Positions 38,875 to 52,812 of a DNA stretch of 64,000 nt are shown in pieces (positions within the stretch are counted from its first letter, which is position 1; each line of letters starts with the position of its first letter). Below the pieces are notes generated by a model. That model worked only from the letters and a program-made list of their open reading frames with translations, searched no databases and was not told the origin of the DNA. Source of the DNA: Octopus vulgaris (Eukaryota); the NCBI GenBank assembly GCA_951406725.2, contig OX597830.1, positions 3,038,001-3,102,000 of the forward strand, read 5' to 3'. The position numbers and the translations under genes are program-made.

Positions 38875-40412
38875 CAGAGAGAGCTAGTCTAGATGAAATG
38901 TAGTTTGGATTTGTGCCAGCTAGAAGCACCACTGATGTTATATTTTTAGTAAGGCAGCTGCAGGAGAAATACCCACCCAAAGATTAACTTGTGTACTTGG
39001 TTTTTGTTGACTTGGAGAAAGCCTTTGATAGGGTCTCCCGATCCCTTATCTGGTGGTCAATGCAGAAAGTAGGGATAGATGAGTGGTTGGTGAGAGCTGT
39101 ACAAGCCTTGTACAAGGATGCTACCGGTAAGGTACTAATAAGGTGAAGAATTTAGTGTACAAGTAGGGATTTACCAAGGATCGGTGCTCAGCCCCCACTT
39201 GTTCATCATAGTCTTCTTGGTAAGAACTGAGGAATTCAAGACAGGCTTCCCCTGGGAGCTCCTCTATGCTGATGACCTTGCTCTTATAGCTGAATCACTA
39301 CCAGAACTAGAGAAGTTCCAGGTATGAAAGCAAGGTCTAGAATCTAAGAGCCTTAAAGTTAACCTAGCAAAAACCAAAGTCTTAGGAAGTAGGAAGGCAG
39401 ACAAATCACAGATCCCTTCTGCTTGATATGTAGAGAGGGTATAGGTAGAAACTCTATAAGTGTAAGCTTTTGACACATAAAAGATGCAGCAATAACAGAA
39501 GGCTAATAGGAAAACTAGCTTCTGTATGCGGAAGATGAACAGGTACAATGAATAGTGAAAATGTGCAGAAAATAGACTCCATCAACTGCCAGGTGCATAA
39601 GCTAGAGGTATTAGATAGATTCAGTTATCTAGGTGACCAAATTAGTTGCAGAGGTCGATGCTCCAAGAATGGAGCTGTGAGAATAAGATTAGGCTGGGCA
39701 AAATTCAGAGAGTTCCTACCCCTGCTGCCAACAAAGGGCCTATCTCTCAGAGTGAAAGGCAGATTGTATAATACCTGTGTGCAAACAGTTATGCTACATG
39801 GCAATAAAACATGAGCTGTGACAGGTGAGGACATGCGTAGGCCTGAAAGAAATGAAGCTAGTATGCTCTGCTGGATGTCCAATGTCAGTGAGCATGCACG
39901 ACAGAATGTAAGCATCTTGAGAGAAAAATTAGGCATAAGAAGCATCAGATGTGGTGTGCAAAGGAGACAACTGCACTGGTAGGGCCATGTGATGCATAGG
40001 GATGAGGACAGCTGTGTAAAAAAGTGCCGATCTCTAACTGTGAAGGAAACCTGTGCTAGAGGTAGACCCAGGAAAACATGGGACAAAGTGGTGGAGCATG
40101 ATCTTCGAACTTTAAGCCTCACAGAGGCAATGGCTAGTGACCAAGACTTTTGGTGATATGCTGTGCTTATGAAAACCCATCAAGCCAAGTAAAATCGCAG
40201 TTGTGGCAGATACTGGTGTCATGCAAATGGCACCCATGCTGGTGACACATAAAAGCAGAGTGGTTGGTGTTAGGAAGGGTATCCAGCCATAGAAACCATG
40301 CCAAATCAGACTGGAGTCTGGTGCAGCCTTCCAGCTTACCATCCCTGGTTAAACCGTCCAACCCATGTCAGCATGGACAATGGACATTAAATAATGATGA
40401 TGATGATGAAGA
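38875..40412 (+). pseudogene. 5'-truncated decayed copy of the RTE LINE (RT to tail)
   Basis: Colinear with 48030-49856 (FVDLEKAFDRV, LLYADDLAL, FSYLGDQIS, RVKGRLY); ends in (GAT)n; abuts a Penelope-like pLTR fragment at ~38740-38874. Confidence 0.92.
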
Positions 40413-40450
40413 TGACATATATATGTGTGTGTATGTGTGTATAGATATAT

Positions 40451-40490
<40 letters not shown>

Positions 40491-40926
40491 TGTGTTTCAC
40501 TGAAGTATTTTCTTATATGAAGTGTATATTGCTATCAAAACTATTGTTTGTTTGTTTGTTTTTTATCGCACCTGCTATCAAAAGAATTCTTTGAAAATTC
40601 ATTAACTTGATTGATGTTGATTAAAGACATTCTAGACAAGACATTTATTCATATGCATCTTTTGCCAAGGACAATCACTAACCATACATAATTAATATTG
40701 CATTGAATTGAAAATATTTCTATTATTGGCTCTTAAAAAGTAATTAATTATGAGAGTAATTAGTGACATATTCACAAATAAAAATAAATATATTACACAC
40801 ACAGACACATGCACACACGTGTGTGCATGTGTATGTGTGTGTGTATGCATATAAATATCTATCTCTCTGTCTCTTTATATGTCTGTATATATATATATAT
40901 ATTTATACATACACATATATTTATAC

Positions 40927-40986
<60 letters not shown>

Positions 40987-42277
40987 ATGTGTGTGTATAA
41001 ATATATGTTTGTATGTATGTATGTTTGTATAAAGCATCTCAAATTAGATATCATTTCGGAGTTCTAGTCCTCATTACCAGAATCATTCTCTGAGGCAATG
41101 GAATCGGTCGTATAGGAAATTATATCATTTTCGTCTCCTGTTTAATTGGCATTGGTAAAATCTATGTTTGGAATGGATATTGTCGGAATTCTGCCATATT
41201 CCTTTCCAAAATTTGTGCAACAATTGTTGTCTTCCAGTAAAATTGTCTCACACAGGAATAGACCATGATGTCATGAGTGTAATTTCCCTATTTTTAGTTA
41301 GAACTTTCTTCTGACTCTTGTAATGAGTCTTAAAGAAATAAAAAGTTTGTTTTAAAAGGTGAGCTATAAAGATATAAAAAATAGAAATTAGATTTTAGGC
41401 AAAGATTGTGAGTTAAGAGAGTTGGTTTTTCATTTCAGAGATATATGCTATGGAAATGGCTTTGCAACGATGAACTATCCAACTAATAGATAGAAGAACT
41501 GATATCAGAATGGTTAGTTTCATAAGAAATTATTGAAGATATAGGAAAAATTAAGTCTTGAGAGTCGAGTGAAAAACTGCAAGAAAGATATAAAAATTTC
41601 AAATATTTATTGTAATTTTTGGTGAATTAGTTTATGCCAGGAGGGAAAATAGATGCAAATTTAGAATAATAATAAACTGTTACTTTATCTATCTTCTCTG
41701 CCAATTCTAACTTTTTGTCTGTTGCGAGTAATAAGTCTGTTGTTGTGTGTTGTAGAATTTTAGATAAGAGGGAAGTCAAGGGGAATGTGTAATAGAAAGG
41801 CAATAATGGACAGCAGAGACAGACCATGGGAAGAGGAAGAACTTGGCAGTGGTGGTGGGGTGGGGGCATGAATCTCATTGCTTCTGAATCATAAATGTGT
41901 GTTTGCTGTTGCGTTTCAGCCCTGGTCAAGTAGATATATGATCAGAGGCATTCCAGCCATGACCATCTGTTTATCAGACACAGTGTATCTAGGACTGCAT
42001 TGTCTATTGTCACTTCCTCCTTTTTTCTTAAAACTTTAGGCTGTGCTTTGAGGGAGATATAACTACTATTGATTAACCAAATATAGATATTCCATCATTG
42101 GCTAAGTACATATTTGTTAAACTAATTAAGCTAAAACCAATTCATTTAGTTAAATTAATTCATTTAACAAGTAATATTACCTTTGAATTTTTGAACTTTG
42201 AGAATGGGAGAAAATATAATTCTGGGAAGAAAAATTTCAGAAAAATCAATTTTCACAGTTTTACTCCATTATATTCC

Positions 42278-42548
42278 TAAGGTCATGAGTTCCATTCCCA
42301 ACAACGTATTGTGGCCTTGAGCAAGACACTCTATTTCACTTTGCTCCAGTCCATTCAGCTGGCAAAAAATGAGTTGTACCTGAATTTCAAAGGGGCCAGC
42401 CTTGTCACACTGAATCTCCCTGAGATTTACGTTAAGGGTACTCGTGTCTGTGGAGAGCTCAGCCACTTGCACGTTAATTTCACAAGCAGGCTTTTCCATT
42501 GTTTGAATCAATTGGAGCCTTTGTCACTGTAACCAATGGGGTGTCAGC
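42278..42548 (+). mobile_element. tRNA-derived CORE-like SINE (third type)
   Basis: gagttccattcc B-box-like, gccttgagcaagacactctatttcactttgctccagtcc, ...ccacttgcacgttaatttcacaagcaggc; a short head copy at ~825-950. Confidence 0.65.
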
Positions 42549-42968
42549 AATTATTATGCTTTGATAAAAATAGGGGTGCAAGGGTGAATTGGAGGCAATT
42601 AAGTAGATGTCTTGCAGAATGGAGATTTTGAAATCTGAAAAAGTTTTACATGAATAAAAGTAGGAAAGCGGGGTGGGGGGTGGGGGTCATGATTTACCAC
42701 TTAATTAACGACATTTCTAATGACAGGGGTTTTTACAATTTACGGTTTAAGACATTAGAAGCAGGACTGTGAATGATTGTTTGACCAAAACTCTGACACA
42801 GCCATGTAACCTGACAAACCTCATCTAGTATTTTAGTAGGAAGAAATACTAGAAACAGGAAGAACTTTGTAGTTGGTGGTCCAATGCTTCCACCTACAAG
42901 TAACAAATAAAATCGCTCTATTTCTTAACTTTGTTTTATATCTGAGCCACTCATCTATGACAGCTAAT

Positions 42969-43056
42969 TGAGTCATTCATGGTTAGTGGCCAACTGCATC
43001 ACTCGTATAGAACAGACAATGGAGTGACTCATGTTTAACACTCAAATGAGTCACTC
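42969..43056. promoter_or_regulatory. AP-1 site cluster (3x TGASTCA)
   Basis: TGAGTCA 42969-42975, TGACTCA 43025-43031, TGAGTCA 43047-43053 in non-repetitive DNA. Confidence 0.3.
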
Positions 43057-44486
43057 ATATATTATATTTTGATTAGAATATATAAATCAAACAAAGTAAT
43101 CTAAAACTGAAATAGTTCCTTTCCACTGAAATAGATTTAAAAAGTATAACTTTCTCTTCCCTTATGTCTTCCATCCCAGTTGGTTTGTAAATATTAAAGC
43201 TGAGGCTATTAAAGCAAATTCCAGAATAACAATGGGGCAGTGACAAATAAAAGGGCTCAATGCTGAGAGCAGAGTCAACCTTGTTGTAAAATTCATGATA
43301 GCTGAGTGTTTAAGATTCTGTAGACAGCTTCTTCCATCAATTTGCTATTTTACATGCCTGCCATTGGCAACCTATCTTCCTGCTTCCCTTTCTTTCACAG
43401 CCTGTCTTTCTGCAGTAACCTACCAATTAAATTCTTTGTATTTATCAATAAAAACCAAAGTGGTTAGGGATAATAATATGATGAAATAATTTTTATGCTT
43501 AGGGGAGACAGGAGTGTTGCGAATTGAAATGTCTCATCACAGCTTCAACTACATGTGGATAAAATTCTTTACTTTCCATCTGAAATCATCATAGTAGCTA
43601 TTTCTCCATTACCAAATTAAATATTAATTAGTTATATTTCATGATTAATAATATTACTTTGATATTAGAAAACAGGAAAAGGAAAAACAATAGAAAGCAT
43701 TATATAACTATGATATTAAATTGATATTAAGTAGGATATAGAATTGTCATTAAGTTGATTTTATTTCAATAGAAAAAGAAATGTTGATATGTTAAAAAAA
43801 TGTAAAAAGAAAATGATGAAAATTAATGAATATTGAATAACAGTTTCCAAGATATGTAAATGAATGAGGAAAATTTCATTGTAATTATTTATTCAAGATA
43901 ACAACAGTTTTCAGAAACCATGGCATTTTTCTAAAATGAATTGGCAGAACAAAGATATTAGTTTTTATATAACTTAGTTTTCTTTATAATTCTGTTCCAT
44001 TCTTTGATAATTGACGGAGACTTCTGCTGTCCATTAGCTGTTATTTGATAATGGTTTTGATTTTCTTTACAATATATCATTTTTCTGTAAAGCTATTTAT
44101 ACTTCACAAGAATGCAGTTAAGCCATCATTTCTTAAACTACTTCCCAGATTTCAAAACTTACTTCATATTATTTACAAGTTATTCTGTCTGGAAAACCTT
44201 GTAGAGCCATTTTCAGTGTTTGTAATATCAAATACAGAATATAAAATGTCTTTCATTTAATCAGGAAAAAAGATATCCAAATATTGACCTTTAATTGCAT
44301 TCAAAATTTCCTTTTTTCTTTTTCATGGAATTTAAAGTGTTCAGAAATTAGTCATCCAATTAGAATGGAATCAACAAAACAAAACAAGAAAATATTCTTC
44401 AAGATTATTTGTTATCAAAACTATAAAATCTCAACCCTCAATTAGACGTTAATAGATTTCTGGTAAGAGCATGTTCACACACACAT

Positions 44487-44522
<36 letters not shown>

Positions 44523-44541
44523 CATCATCATCATCATCGTA

Positions 44542-44922
44542 TATACCAGTTTCAGCATGTGTATTTACTCTTTATTAAATTTATCATAAAATGAAAAGTT
44601 TTAGGTTTTGGTTAATGAAAGTTTGCAAGTTGATTGTTACATTTATTGAGAATATTTTACATATATTTACAATTCAAAATGGCCACCGTTTGCTTTCACC
44701 ATAGCTCTTTATTCTTTACACCAGCCATTTTCAATGCTTTAACTTGTTCATATTTTGTTTGAGCTGCCATGTTCAATTAAGGGAAAACAATACACCAAAA
44801 GAATGTTAGGAAGCCCTATCCATTTCCATTTTTGCAAATATGAATGTTTCAATTTATGTTTGAATAATGGGTAAATCATTATGTTTAATTAATGGATAAA
44901 TGTACATGCCATAACTGGTATA
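44542..44922. mobile_element. MITE with TA-flanked TIRs
   Basis: tataccagtttcagcatgt ... acatgccataactggtata. Confidence 0.6.
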
Positions 44923-44952
44923 TATATATATATATATTGCATGGATATTGTG

Positions 44953-44998
<46 letters not shown>

Positions 44999-45305
44999 CA
45001 TATATATATATATATATTTATAGATAGATAGATAGATATAGATATGCATGATACAATCAGTCATTGAATGACAGGAATATCATAAGAGGCACCTGTCTCT
45101 CATGTCAGTTCATATTATTTAGCCCCAGGTCACTCCTGTTCTCACAGCTATATGATCATGAACATTTCACCCATGACCAACCCATGTTTTACTCAGTGAT
45201 ATGTTTTCCAGGATATAGAAGAGTGTAGTGTTAATGGGATTTCACTGTTATTTCTAGCAAAACAAATGATCTTTTAAGGGTGACATTTTAAGCTCATATT
45301 AAACA

Positions 45306-46228
45306 CTCTTTATCGCTCACGCTTCTCCCATAGATTAGGCAAAATAGCTCTCTCTCAAATTTAGGTATTTATACCTACTAATAACTATTTCTCTCCTAAC
45401 AAAGGAATGGCTGCTGGTTTTCGCGGGCCACGACCCCCCCCTCTCGTTCCTCTTCTATCTCTTTCGATCGCCATTCGACTCCCCTTTTCCACCACCCTAT
45501 ATGCATATAAACCAGCGACTGATTAATAACGGCCCCACTTGAATTCAAACTGTTGCCGACTTCCTACGAAAAATGAATCCAAGTTAAGCAATCTAAATTT
45601 AATTTCATCCCGTACCTACCTATCTATCTGCAATTGATCTGATCTTTTAGTTAGCCCTGTTTTATCTCTATTATTATTGTTATGACTTGTGTAATTCAGC
45701 CTCACGCCTCGTGTTTTTATATGTACATATAATTCTATAGTTCATCTTAATTGTATATCGTTGTCTCATGTCTTGTGTTAAATATATATTTAATCTTATA
45801 GCTCGCCCCTAATTTTATCGATCAGCCTCATACCTCGTAGATATAGAATAAATGTATTTATAATTTATAGCTCTTTATCGCTCACGCTTCTCCCATAGAT
45901 TAGGCAAAATACCTCTCTCTCAAATTTAGGTATTTATACCTACTAATAACTATTTCTCTCCTAAGAAAGGAATAGCTGCCGGTTTTTGCGTACTAATAAC
46001 TATTTCTCTCCTAAGAAAGAAATGGCTGCCGGTTTTCGCGGTGCAACCTCCACCGGTACAGGAAGTCCTAAATTTTCTCATCCTTGTCTCCCTTGTACAC
46101 TTCAAAGTCTTACGCCACCCTCACCCCCTACCATAAAAGGTAGTGGTCATTCATTGCAAGATACACTTCAAGTCTTACGCCACCCCCACCTCCTTCCATA
46201 AAAGGTAGTGATCATTCATTGCAAGATA
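45306..46228 (+). repeat. Repeat-structured region directly 5' of the RTE ORF (putative 5' UTR or captured module)
   Basis: 120-bp direct repeat 45306-45425 / 45871-46041 (second copy with a 50-bp internal duplication), then a ~65-bp tandem pair at ~46098-46228. Confidence 0.8.
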
Positions 46229-49200
46229 TGTTTAGTGTTGTGTACGCGGTTTGAACTTGAGTTCTATTGTTTGTCTATGAATCCTGCCAAATGCGAGTTT
46301 TCTTTTCAGGTCCATGACACTACTAGGGCCAATACCACCCCCACCCACACCCTCAGGGTTTTCACCCTCAACGTTGGCACACTGAAAGGCAGATCTGGCG
46401 AGATCGTTGAATTGCTTGAACGGAGGTGTGTTGATGTATGCTGCATTCAAGAAGTGAGGTGGAGAGGAGGTTCTGCTAGGTTTCTCACAGGCAAAGGACA
46501 CAGGTACAAGATTTTCTGGGCTGGGAATACTGACGGGGTCGGGGGTGTGGGCATGCTTATCGCCGAAAAATGGGTAGATAAGGTAATCGAGGTAGTCAGA
46601 GTATGTGACAGAATAATTAAGATTAGATTAGTGCTCCATCATAGTTTAGCAACTATTATATCGGCCTATGCCCCTCAGCCAGGGCTACCTGATGGACAGA
46701 AAGACTGTTTCTATGACACCCTACTGCAGACCACATCATTGACGAACGACAGGGACCTTCTCTTTGTGGCTGGTGACTTCAATGGGCATGTTGGACGATG
46801 TGCTGGGGGCTTCCATGGCGTGCATGGAGGCTACGGTTATGGTTCCCGCAACGAGGAGGGAACCAGGCTGCTGGAGTTCTGCGATGCGAATAGTCTTATG
46901 GTTTGCAACACTAACTTCAGGAAACCGACAAGCCACCTGGTCACCTACCGATCGGGCCGGAATACTAGTCAAATCGACTACATCCTTGCCAGAAAAAGGG
47001 AAAGAAGGCTGCTTATAAATGCCAAAACCTTCCCAGGCGAAGAATGTACACCACAACATAGACTGGTAGTTAGTGACTTTAGGATCAGGACTAAGAGGAC
47101 GACTAGAAGACGACCAACATGGAGAAGAAGGGTCTTGAAGCTTAAAGACCCTGCAAATGGACAGAGATTTAGAGAGATGTTACTTGAAGCCTTTGACGAA
47201 ATAGAAGGGGGTATAGCTACACATGGGGTAGAAGACAACTGGACGCTTCTAAGGGACAACCTGCTGAAAGCCACTGACCAGATCTGTGGCTGGTGCAAAG
47301 TCCCCTCAAAACCCAAAATAACGTGGTGGTGGAACAATATTGTTGACAGGGCTATTAGACAAAAGAAACAGGCTTGGAAGGACTGGAAGAATGGTGGTAG
47401 CAGGGAAGTGTATCAGACTGCCAGAAGGGAAGCTAGGAGGCAGGTGTATTTAGCCAGAGGGGAAGCAGATAAGAAAAAATTTGCCAATGTCCTGCACCAG
47501 GAGGATGAAAGACTTGAGGTATTTCGTGTTGCAAGACAGTGTGTGAGAGAGAATCGTGACGTAGTAGGAGATAAATGTGTTCGCGAGGATGACGGTTCAC
47601 TTGCGCTAAATGAGGATGCAAAGAGAGAGGTTTGGAGACGCCACTATGAAAGGTTGCTGAATAAAGAAAATGAATGGGATAAAGAGAGTCTGCCGAATGT
47701 CAACCCAACAGAGGGATCAGCAATCCGATTTGACAGTTCTTTAGTAGTTAAGGCAATTACAGGCATGAAAACAGGGAAAGCCCCAGGCCCATCAGGTATT
47801 ATTGCAGAGATGCTCAAAATATCTGGCACTGTCGGCATTAGCCTGGCCATCCGTATAGTTAACCAGGTGACACACGAAGGAGTCATACCCAATGACTGGT
47901 GTAGCAGCATAATAGTCAGCTGCTACAAAGGTAAAGGTGATGCCCTAGATACAAATAACTACAGGGGTATCAAGCTGCTGGATCAGGTAATGAAGGTTAC
48001 GGAGAGGGTTATAGCCCAACTAATTAGAGAGAGAATTAGCTTAGATGAGATGCAGTTTAGGTTCGTGCCAGGGAGAAGTACTACTGATGCTATATTCCTG
48101 GTAAGACAGCTGCAGGAGAAATACCTAGCCAAAGATAAGCCCCTGTACCTGGCTTTTGTTGACATGGAGAAAGCCTTTGACAGGGTTCCCCGATCCCTTA
48201 TCTGGTGGTCAATGAGGAAACTAGGGATAGATGAATGGTTAGTTAGAGCTGTGTGAGCCATGTACAGAGACGCTGCGAGTAAGGTGAGGGTTGGCAATGA
48301 GTACAGTGAAGAATTCCGGGTAGAGGTTGGGGTCCACCAACGTTCAGTCCTCAGTCCCCTCCTATTTATGATAGTCCTCCAGGCAATAATGGAGGAATTC
48401 AAGACAGGATGCCCCTGGAAGCTCCTCTATGCTGATGACCTTGCTCTAATTGCTGAGTCACTATCTGAACTGGAGGAGAAGTTTCAGGTGTGGAAGCAAG
48501 GTCTAGAATCGAAGGGCCTCAGAATCAATCTAGTCAAAACCAAAGTCCTAATAAGTAGGAAAGTAGACAAGTCACAAACGCCTTCAGGTAGATGACCCTG
48601 CTCGATCTGTAGTAAAGGCATACGTAGAAACTCTATAAGGTGCACCAAGTGCAAGCTATGGACACATAAGAGGTGTAGTAATGTCAAAGGAAGGCTAACT
48701 AGGAAAATAGTTTTTGTCTGTGGCAGATGCTCAGGAGCAATAAACACTGAAAATGTGCAGAGACCAACGTCTACCATGTTCCAGGGAGAAAAACTAGAAG
48801 TAGTTGATAGCTTCCACTACCTAGGTGACCAAGTCAGTAGCGGGGGTGGGTGTGCTGAAAGTGTAACTGCTAGAGTAAGAATAGCCTGGGCAAAGTTTAG
48901 AGAGCTCTTACCCCTGCTGGTGACAAAAGGCCTCTCGCTCAGAGTAAAAGGCAGACTGTATGATGCATGTGTACGTACAGCCATGCTACATGGTAGTGAA
49001 ACATAGGCTGTGGCTGCTGAGGATATGCGTAAGCTCGCAAGAAATGAAGCCAGTATGCTCCGATGGATGTGTAATGTCAGTGTTCGTAATGGACAGAGTG
49101 TAAGTACCTTGAGAAAAAAGTTGAACCTAAGAAGCATCAGTTGTGGTGTGCAAGAGAGACGACTGCACTGGTATGGTCATGTGGCGAGAATGGGTGAAGA

Positions 49201-49384
49201 TAGTTGTGTGCAAAAGTGCCACACTCTAGCAGTTGAGGGAACCTGTTGAAGAGGTAGACCCAGGAAAACCTAGGACGAGGTAGTGAAGCACGACTTTCGA
49301 ACTTTAGGTCTCACCAAGGAAATGACTAGAGACCGAGACCTATGGAAGTATGCTGTGCGTGAGAAGACCCGGCAAGACCAGTGA
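46208..49384 (+). pseudogene. RTE-clade LINE ORF: APE endonuclease + RT + PHD-type finger; 5 in-frame stops, no frameshift
   Basis: TLNVGTL, CCIQEVRW, GDFNGHVG, QIDYIL, KAPGPSG, FVDMEKAFDRV, LLYADDL, C4HC3 finger at ~48599-48730, FHYLGD. All ORF-track fragments share one frame; stops at 48254, 48593, 49004, 49247, 49271; terminal TGA at 49382-49384. Confidence 0.95.
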
Positions 49385-49856
49385 GAACAGTCAAAATCAA
49401 ACCAAATCAACATCAGTGGAAATTGCAGCTGTGGTTAAGCGAACCATCCGATCGTTTGTCCGTTGCCAGCCTCACCTGGCCCCCGTGCCGTTGGCACGTA
49501 AAAGCACCATCCGCTCGTGTCCGTTGCCAGCCTCGCCTAGCCCCCGTGCTGGTAGCACGTAAAAGCACCATCCGTTCGTGTCCGTTGCCAGCCTCGCCTG
49601 GCCCCCGTGCCGGTAGCACGTAAAAGCACCATCCGTTCGTGGCTGTTTGCCAGCTCTGTCTGGCACATGTGCAGGTGGCACATAAAAAGCACCCATTACA
49701 CTCACGGACTGGTTGGCGTTAGGAAGGGCATCCAGCCGTAGAAACACTGCCAGATCAGACTGGGCCTGATGAAGCCTTCCAGCTTCACAGACCCCAGTTA
49801 AACTGTCCAACCCATGCTAGCATGGAAAACGGACGCTAAATGATGATGATGATGAT
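49385..49856 (+). mobile_element. RTE LINE 3' UTR with 61-bp VNTR and (GAT)n tail
   Basis: About four 61-bp units with gtgccggtggcacgtaaaagcac-like cores, then the conserved tail shared by about 10 fragments in the window. Confidence 0.92.
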
Positions 49857-50589
49857 AGAATCCTTCCCTGAAGTCAACAGCGTTTGGTGTGTTACTAACA
49901 TTTCACCAAAACGAAAGACTGATATCAGCAATAGAGTTGTTTTGGATTAGATTTCCGGAGCTGAAGTATTATAAAATTTCTTTAGTAGAGTTATGACGAA
50001 GATATCTGATAGTATTTCAAGGTAGTGATATCTTAATTTAGTATTCTTAGGTTAATGGAATTGATGTAAATTTTACAAAACTAGTTTGATATCTTTCCAT
50101 TATCCATTCCACTAACATTTACTGCTTAACTCTTCTGATACAGCTCCAGGAAAAGCTAACAAGTTTCACCAATTTTATAACCTTCTATAATTTCTAGCAA
50201 ATTAGTCTCCATAATATTTGACAGAGGCAACAACGAAATTGATAAGCCAAGAAATTGTCACTTCTCAATGAGACAGCCATCAGATATTCAGAATGGTAAT
50301 CTTCAATAACAACAACAACAGCAGCAACAATAATAATTATTAGTAGGGACACTACCAAAGGAAAATATTTATCTTCCACTTAAAAGTGGCTGTTGTGTAA
50401 GAACATAGGATACTGTGTTATTTACCCCGAGAGAACCTCTCATATGTAGTCTAGTGCATATGAGCATGCCTGTTTATATTGATAAGCATCCACTGTGGCT
50501 GCTGGAACTGCCAGATCACATCATTTTGCTCTTCCTTGAACTTCTCAATAGCAGACAGCCCATTAATAACGATGATGATGATGATGATG

Positions 50590-51212
50590 AGAAGGAATAT
50601 ATTCACAAACATGACAGAATTAGGAACTATATACACTGGAAACTATGCCAACACTATGGAATAACAACAGAAAAAGGATGGTATAGGCACATCCAAGAAA
50701 AGGTCATAAAAAACGAGAAAGCAACAATACTCTGGGATATGCTGATACACACAGATAGAGAAATTAAGGCCAACAGACCAGATATAGTTGTCAAAGATCA
50801 CGAAGAAAAAAATGCTTTCCAATTGATGTATCAATACTAACAGATGACAATGTTTCTCTGAAAGAAACGGAGAAACTCTCAAAATACAAAGACCTGGAAA
50901 TAGAGGTAACTAGAATGTGGAATCTGAAAACAGAAACAATTCCTATCATAGTAGGTGCATTAGGCATGATAAAAAGATATTCACATAAATACATAACAAA
51001 AACACCAGGACTTACAAACACATATAACATACAGAAAATAGCACTACTGGGCACTGCACACATCCTACAAAAAGCACTTTCAATACAGTAAAAATAAGAG
51101 CATCACAGCAAACCACATCACATACCCAAAGCACATGGAGATGCACTCAGTAGTGCAGTGAAAGCACGCTATAAAAATAAGACTACTGAATAATAATAAT
51201 AATAATAATAAT
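50590..51212 (+). mobile_element. R4/Dong-type non-LTR element, 3' fragment (RLE domain)
   Basis: HDRIRNYIHWKLC, ILWD, NRPDIVVKD, KYKDLEIE, IPIIVGALG; starts after (GAT)n and ends in (AAT)n. Confidence 0.85.
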
Positions 51213-51269
51213 ATACACCATCATATTCTGTGAAGCGGATAGCCTCTTGTTTGGGATAAGAAGCTGTTT

Positions 51270-52790
51270 GTTTCAGGCTACAGTACTATTCGGTTGTAGT
51301 ATCTTTCCTAGGGTGATAGCCCATCTCCATTGCTTTTTGTTCTCTGAATGATACCCCTGGCCTTAGTACTTAGGAAAATGAACCTGGGGTACCAACTAAA
51401 GGGACAATCCCAAACAATCAACCACCTCCTCTTCATGGATGATTTGAAATTGTATGGCAAAGATGAGACATGAGTGAGTTTCTTGGTGAACACAGTTCAC
51501 TGTTTTAGTACTGGCATTAGAATGGAATATGGACTCAAAAAGTGTGGAATAATCTACCTAAAAAGAGGCAGGGTAGAGTCCCTAGCAGGGATAGAATTAT
51601 CGAACAATTAATTAATATGTGGGTGATAGCATTACTTCGGTATGGAGCAGGAATTATAAAATGGCAAAAGACAGAAGTGAAAAAAATAGATACCAAGACC
51701 AGAAAAAATGTTGACAGTACACGGAGTCGCCCACCCTAAGAGTAACACTGATATGTCCAGAAGAAAGGGTGGAAGGGGTTGGATCAGCTGCCAGGACTGT
51801 GTCGAAGCAGAGAAAAACAGCCTAGAATGGTATATAAAAAATGCAGTGGAGCCACTGTTGAAATACACAAAGAAGGCCAACGTCATCAAAACTGAAAATT
51901 GTGTAAATAAAGAAAAATTTAAACAAGAAATGAACAAAAAAAATAGAAGAAGCATGGAAGGAAAACAAATGTATGATCAGATATGCCAAGACAGATGCAG
52001 AGAACTGGTGGCTAAGGATGAAGAAGAGTGACCTGAAGATAGAGACAGAAGCATTCATATGCGCAGCTCAGGAACAAGCATTAAGGACCAACTATATGAA
52101 GTGCAGAATAGACAACACTACTAATAGAGACAAATGCAGAATGTCATGGTGAGTGGTGTGAAATGGTATGACACATTGTTAGTGAATGCCTGAAATTGGC
52201 ACAAGAAAAGATACCATGACAATGTGGCAAGAGTTCCATTGGGAGCTCTGAGGAAATCATGGCCTACAAAAAGCAAAGACATGGTAGGAAAAATCCCCAG
52301 AAGGAGTCACCGAAAATGAGAATTGCAAAATCCTGTGGGATGTAATGATCCAGTGTGATCACCTGACTAAACATCGGAAACTGGACATTGTTGTGGTTAA
52401 TAAAAGAGAGAGAACATGCATGATAATCAACAGAGCATGTTCTGGTGACAACAGGATCAAAGAGAAAGAAGAAGAAAAAATAAATACGAAGGTTGGTGGT
52501 CAATGAAGAGAGTAGACGTGATAGCAATAGTAAATGGTGCACTTGGAAGTATTAGCCCTCAACTACCAACATGGCTGCAAAAGATTGGTGCCAGTGTGAA
52601 GGTAGAACACCTACAAAAATCAGCATTGCTTGGAACTGCAAGAATTTTTCGCAGGGTTCTTGAAGCATGACCTGTAAACAACTGTCACTTTAGTCTGCTG
52701 GCTGTGGACAGCTGACGCTTTCCATCATACCCAGCAAAATAAGCTCTGAGTTTTAATACAATAATAATGATGATGATGACGACGACGACG
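51270..52790 (+). mobile_element. Second, decayed R4/Dong-type element (RT, CCHC, RLE)
   Basis: GDSPSPLLFVL, INHLLFMDDLKLYGK, RRKGGRG, CAAQEQALRTNY, CRM...HIVSEC, ILWDV, DIVVVNK; ends in (AAT)/(GAT)n. Confidence 0.85.
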
Positions 52791-52812
52791 ATGATGATGA
52801 TGAGGAGGAGGG

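Noticed and set aside
41046-41080. Possible further hammerhead (minus: gTAATGA-gga...tcc-GAAA)
   Set aside because: Core has two mismatches and no convincing stem I.
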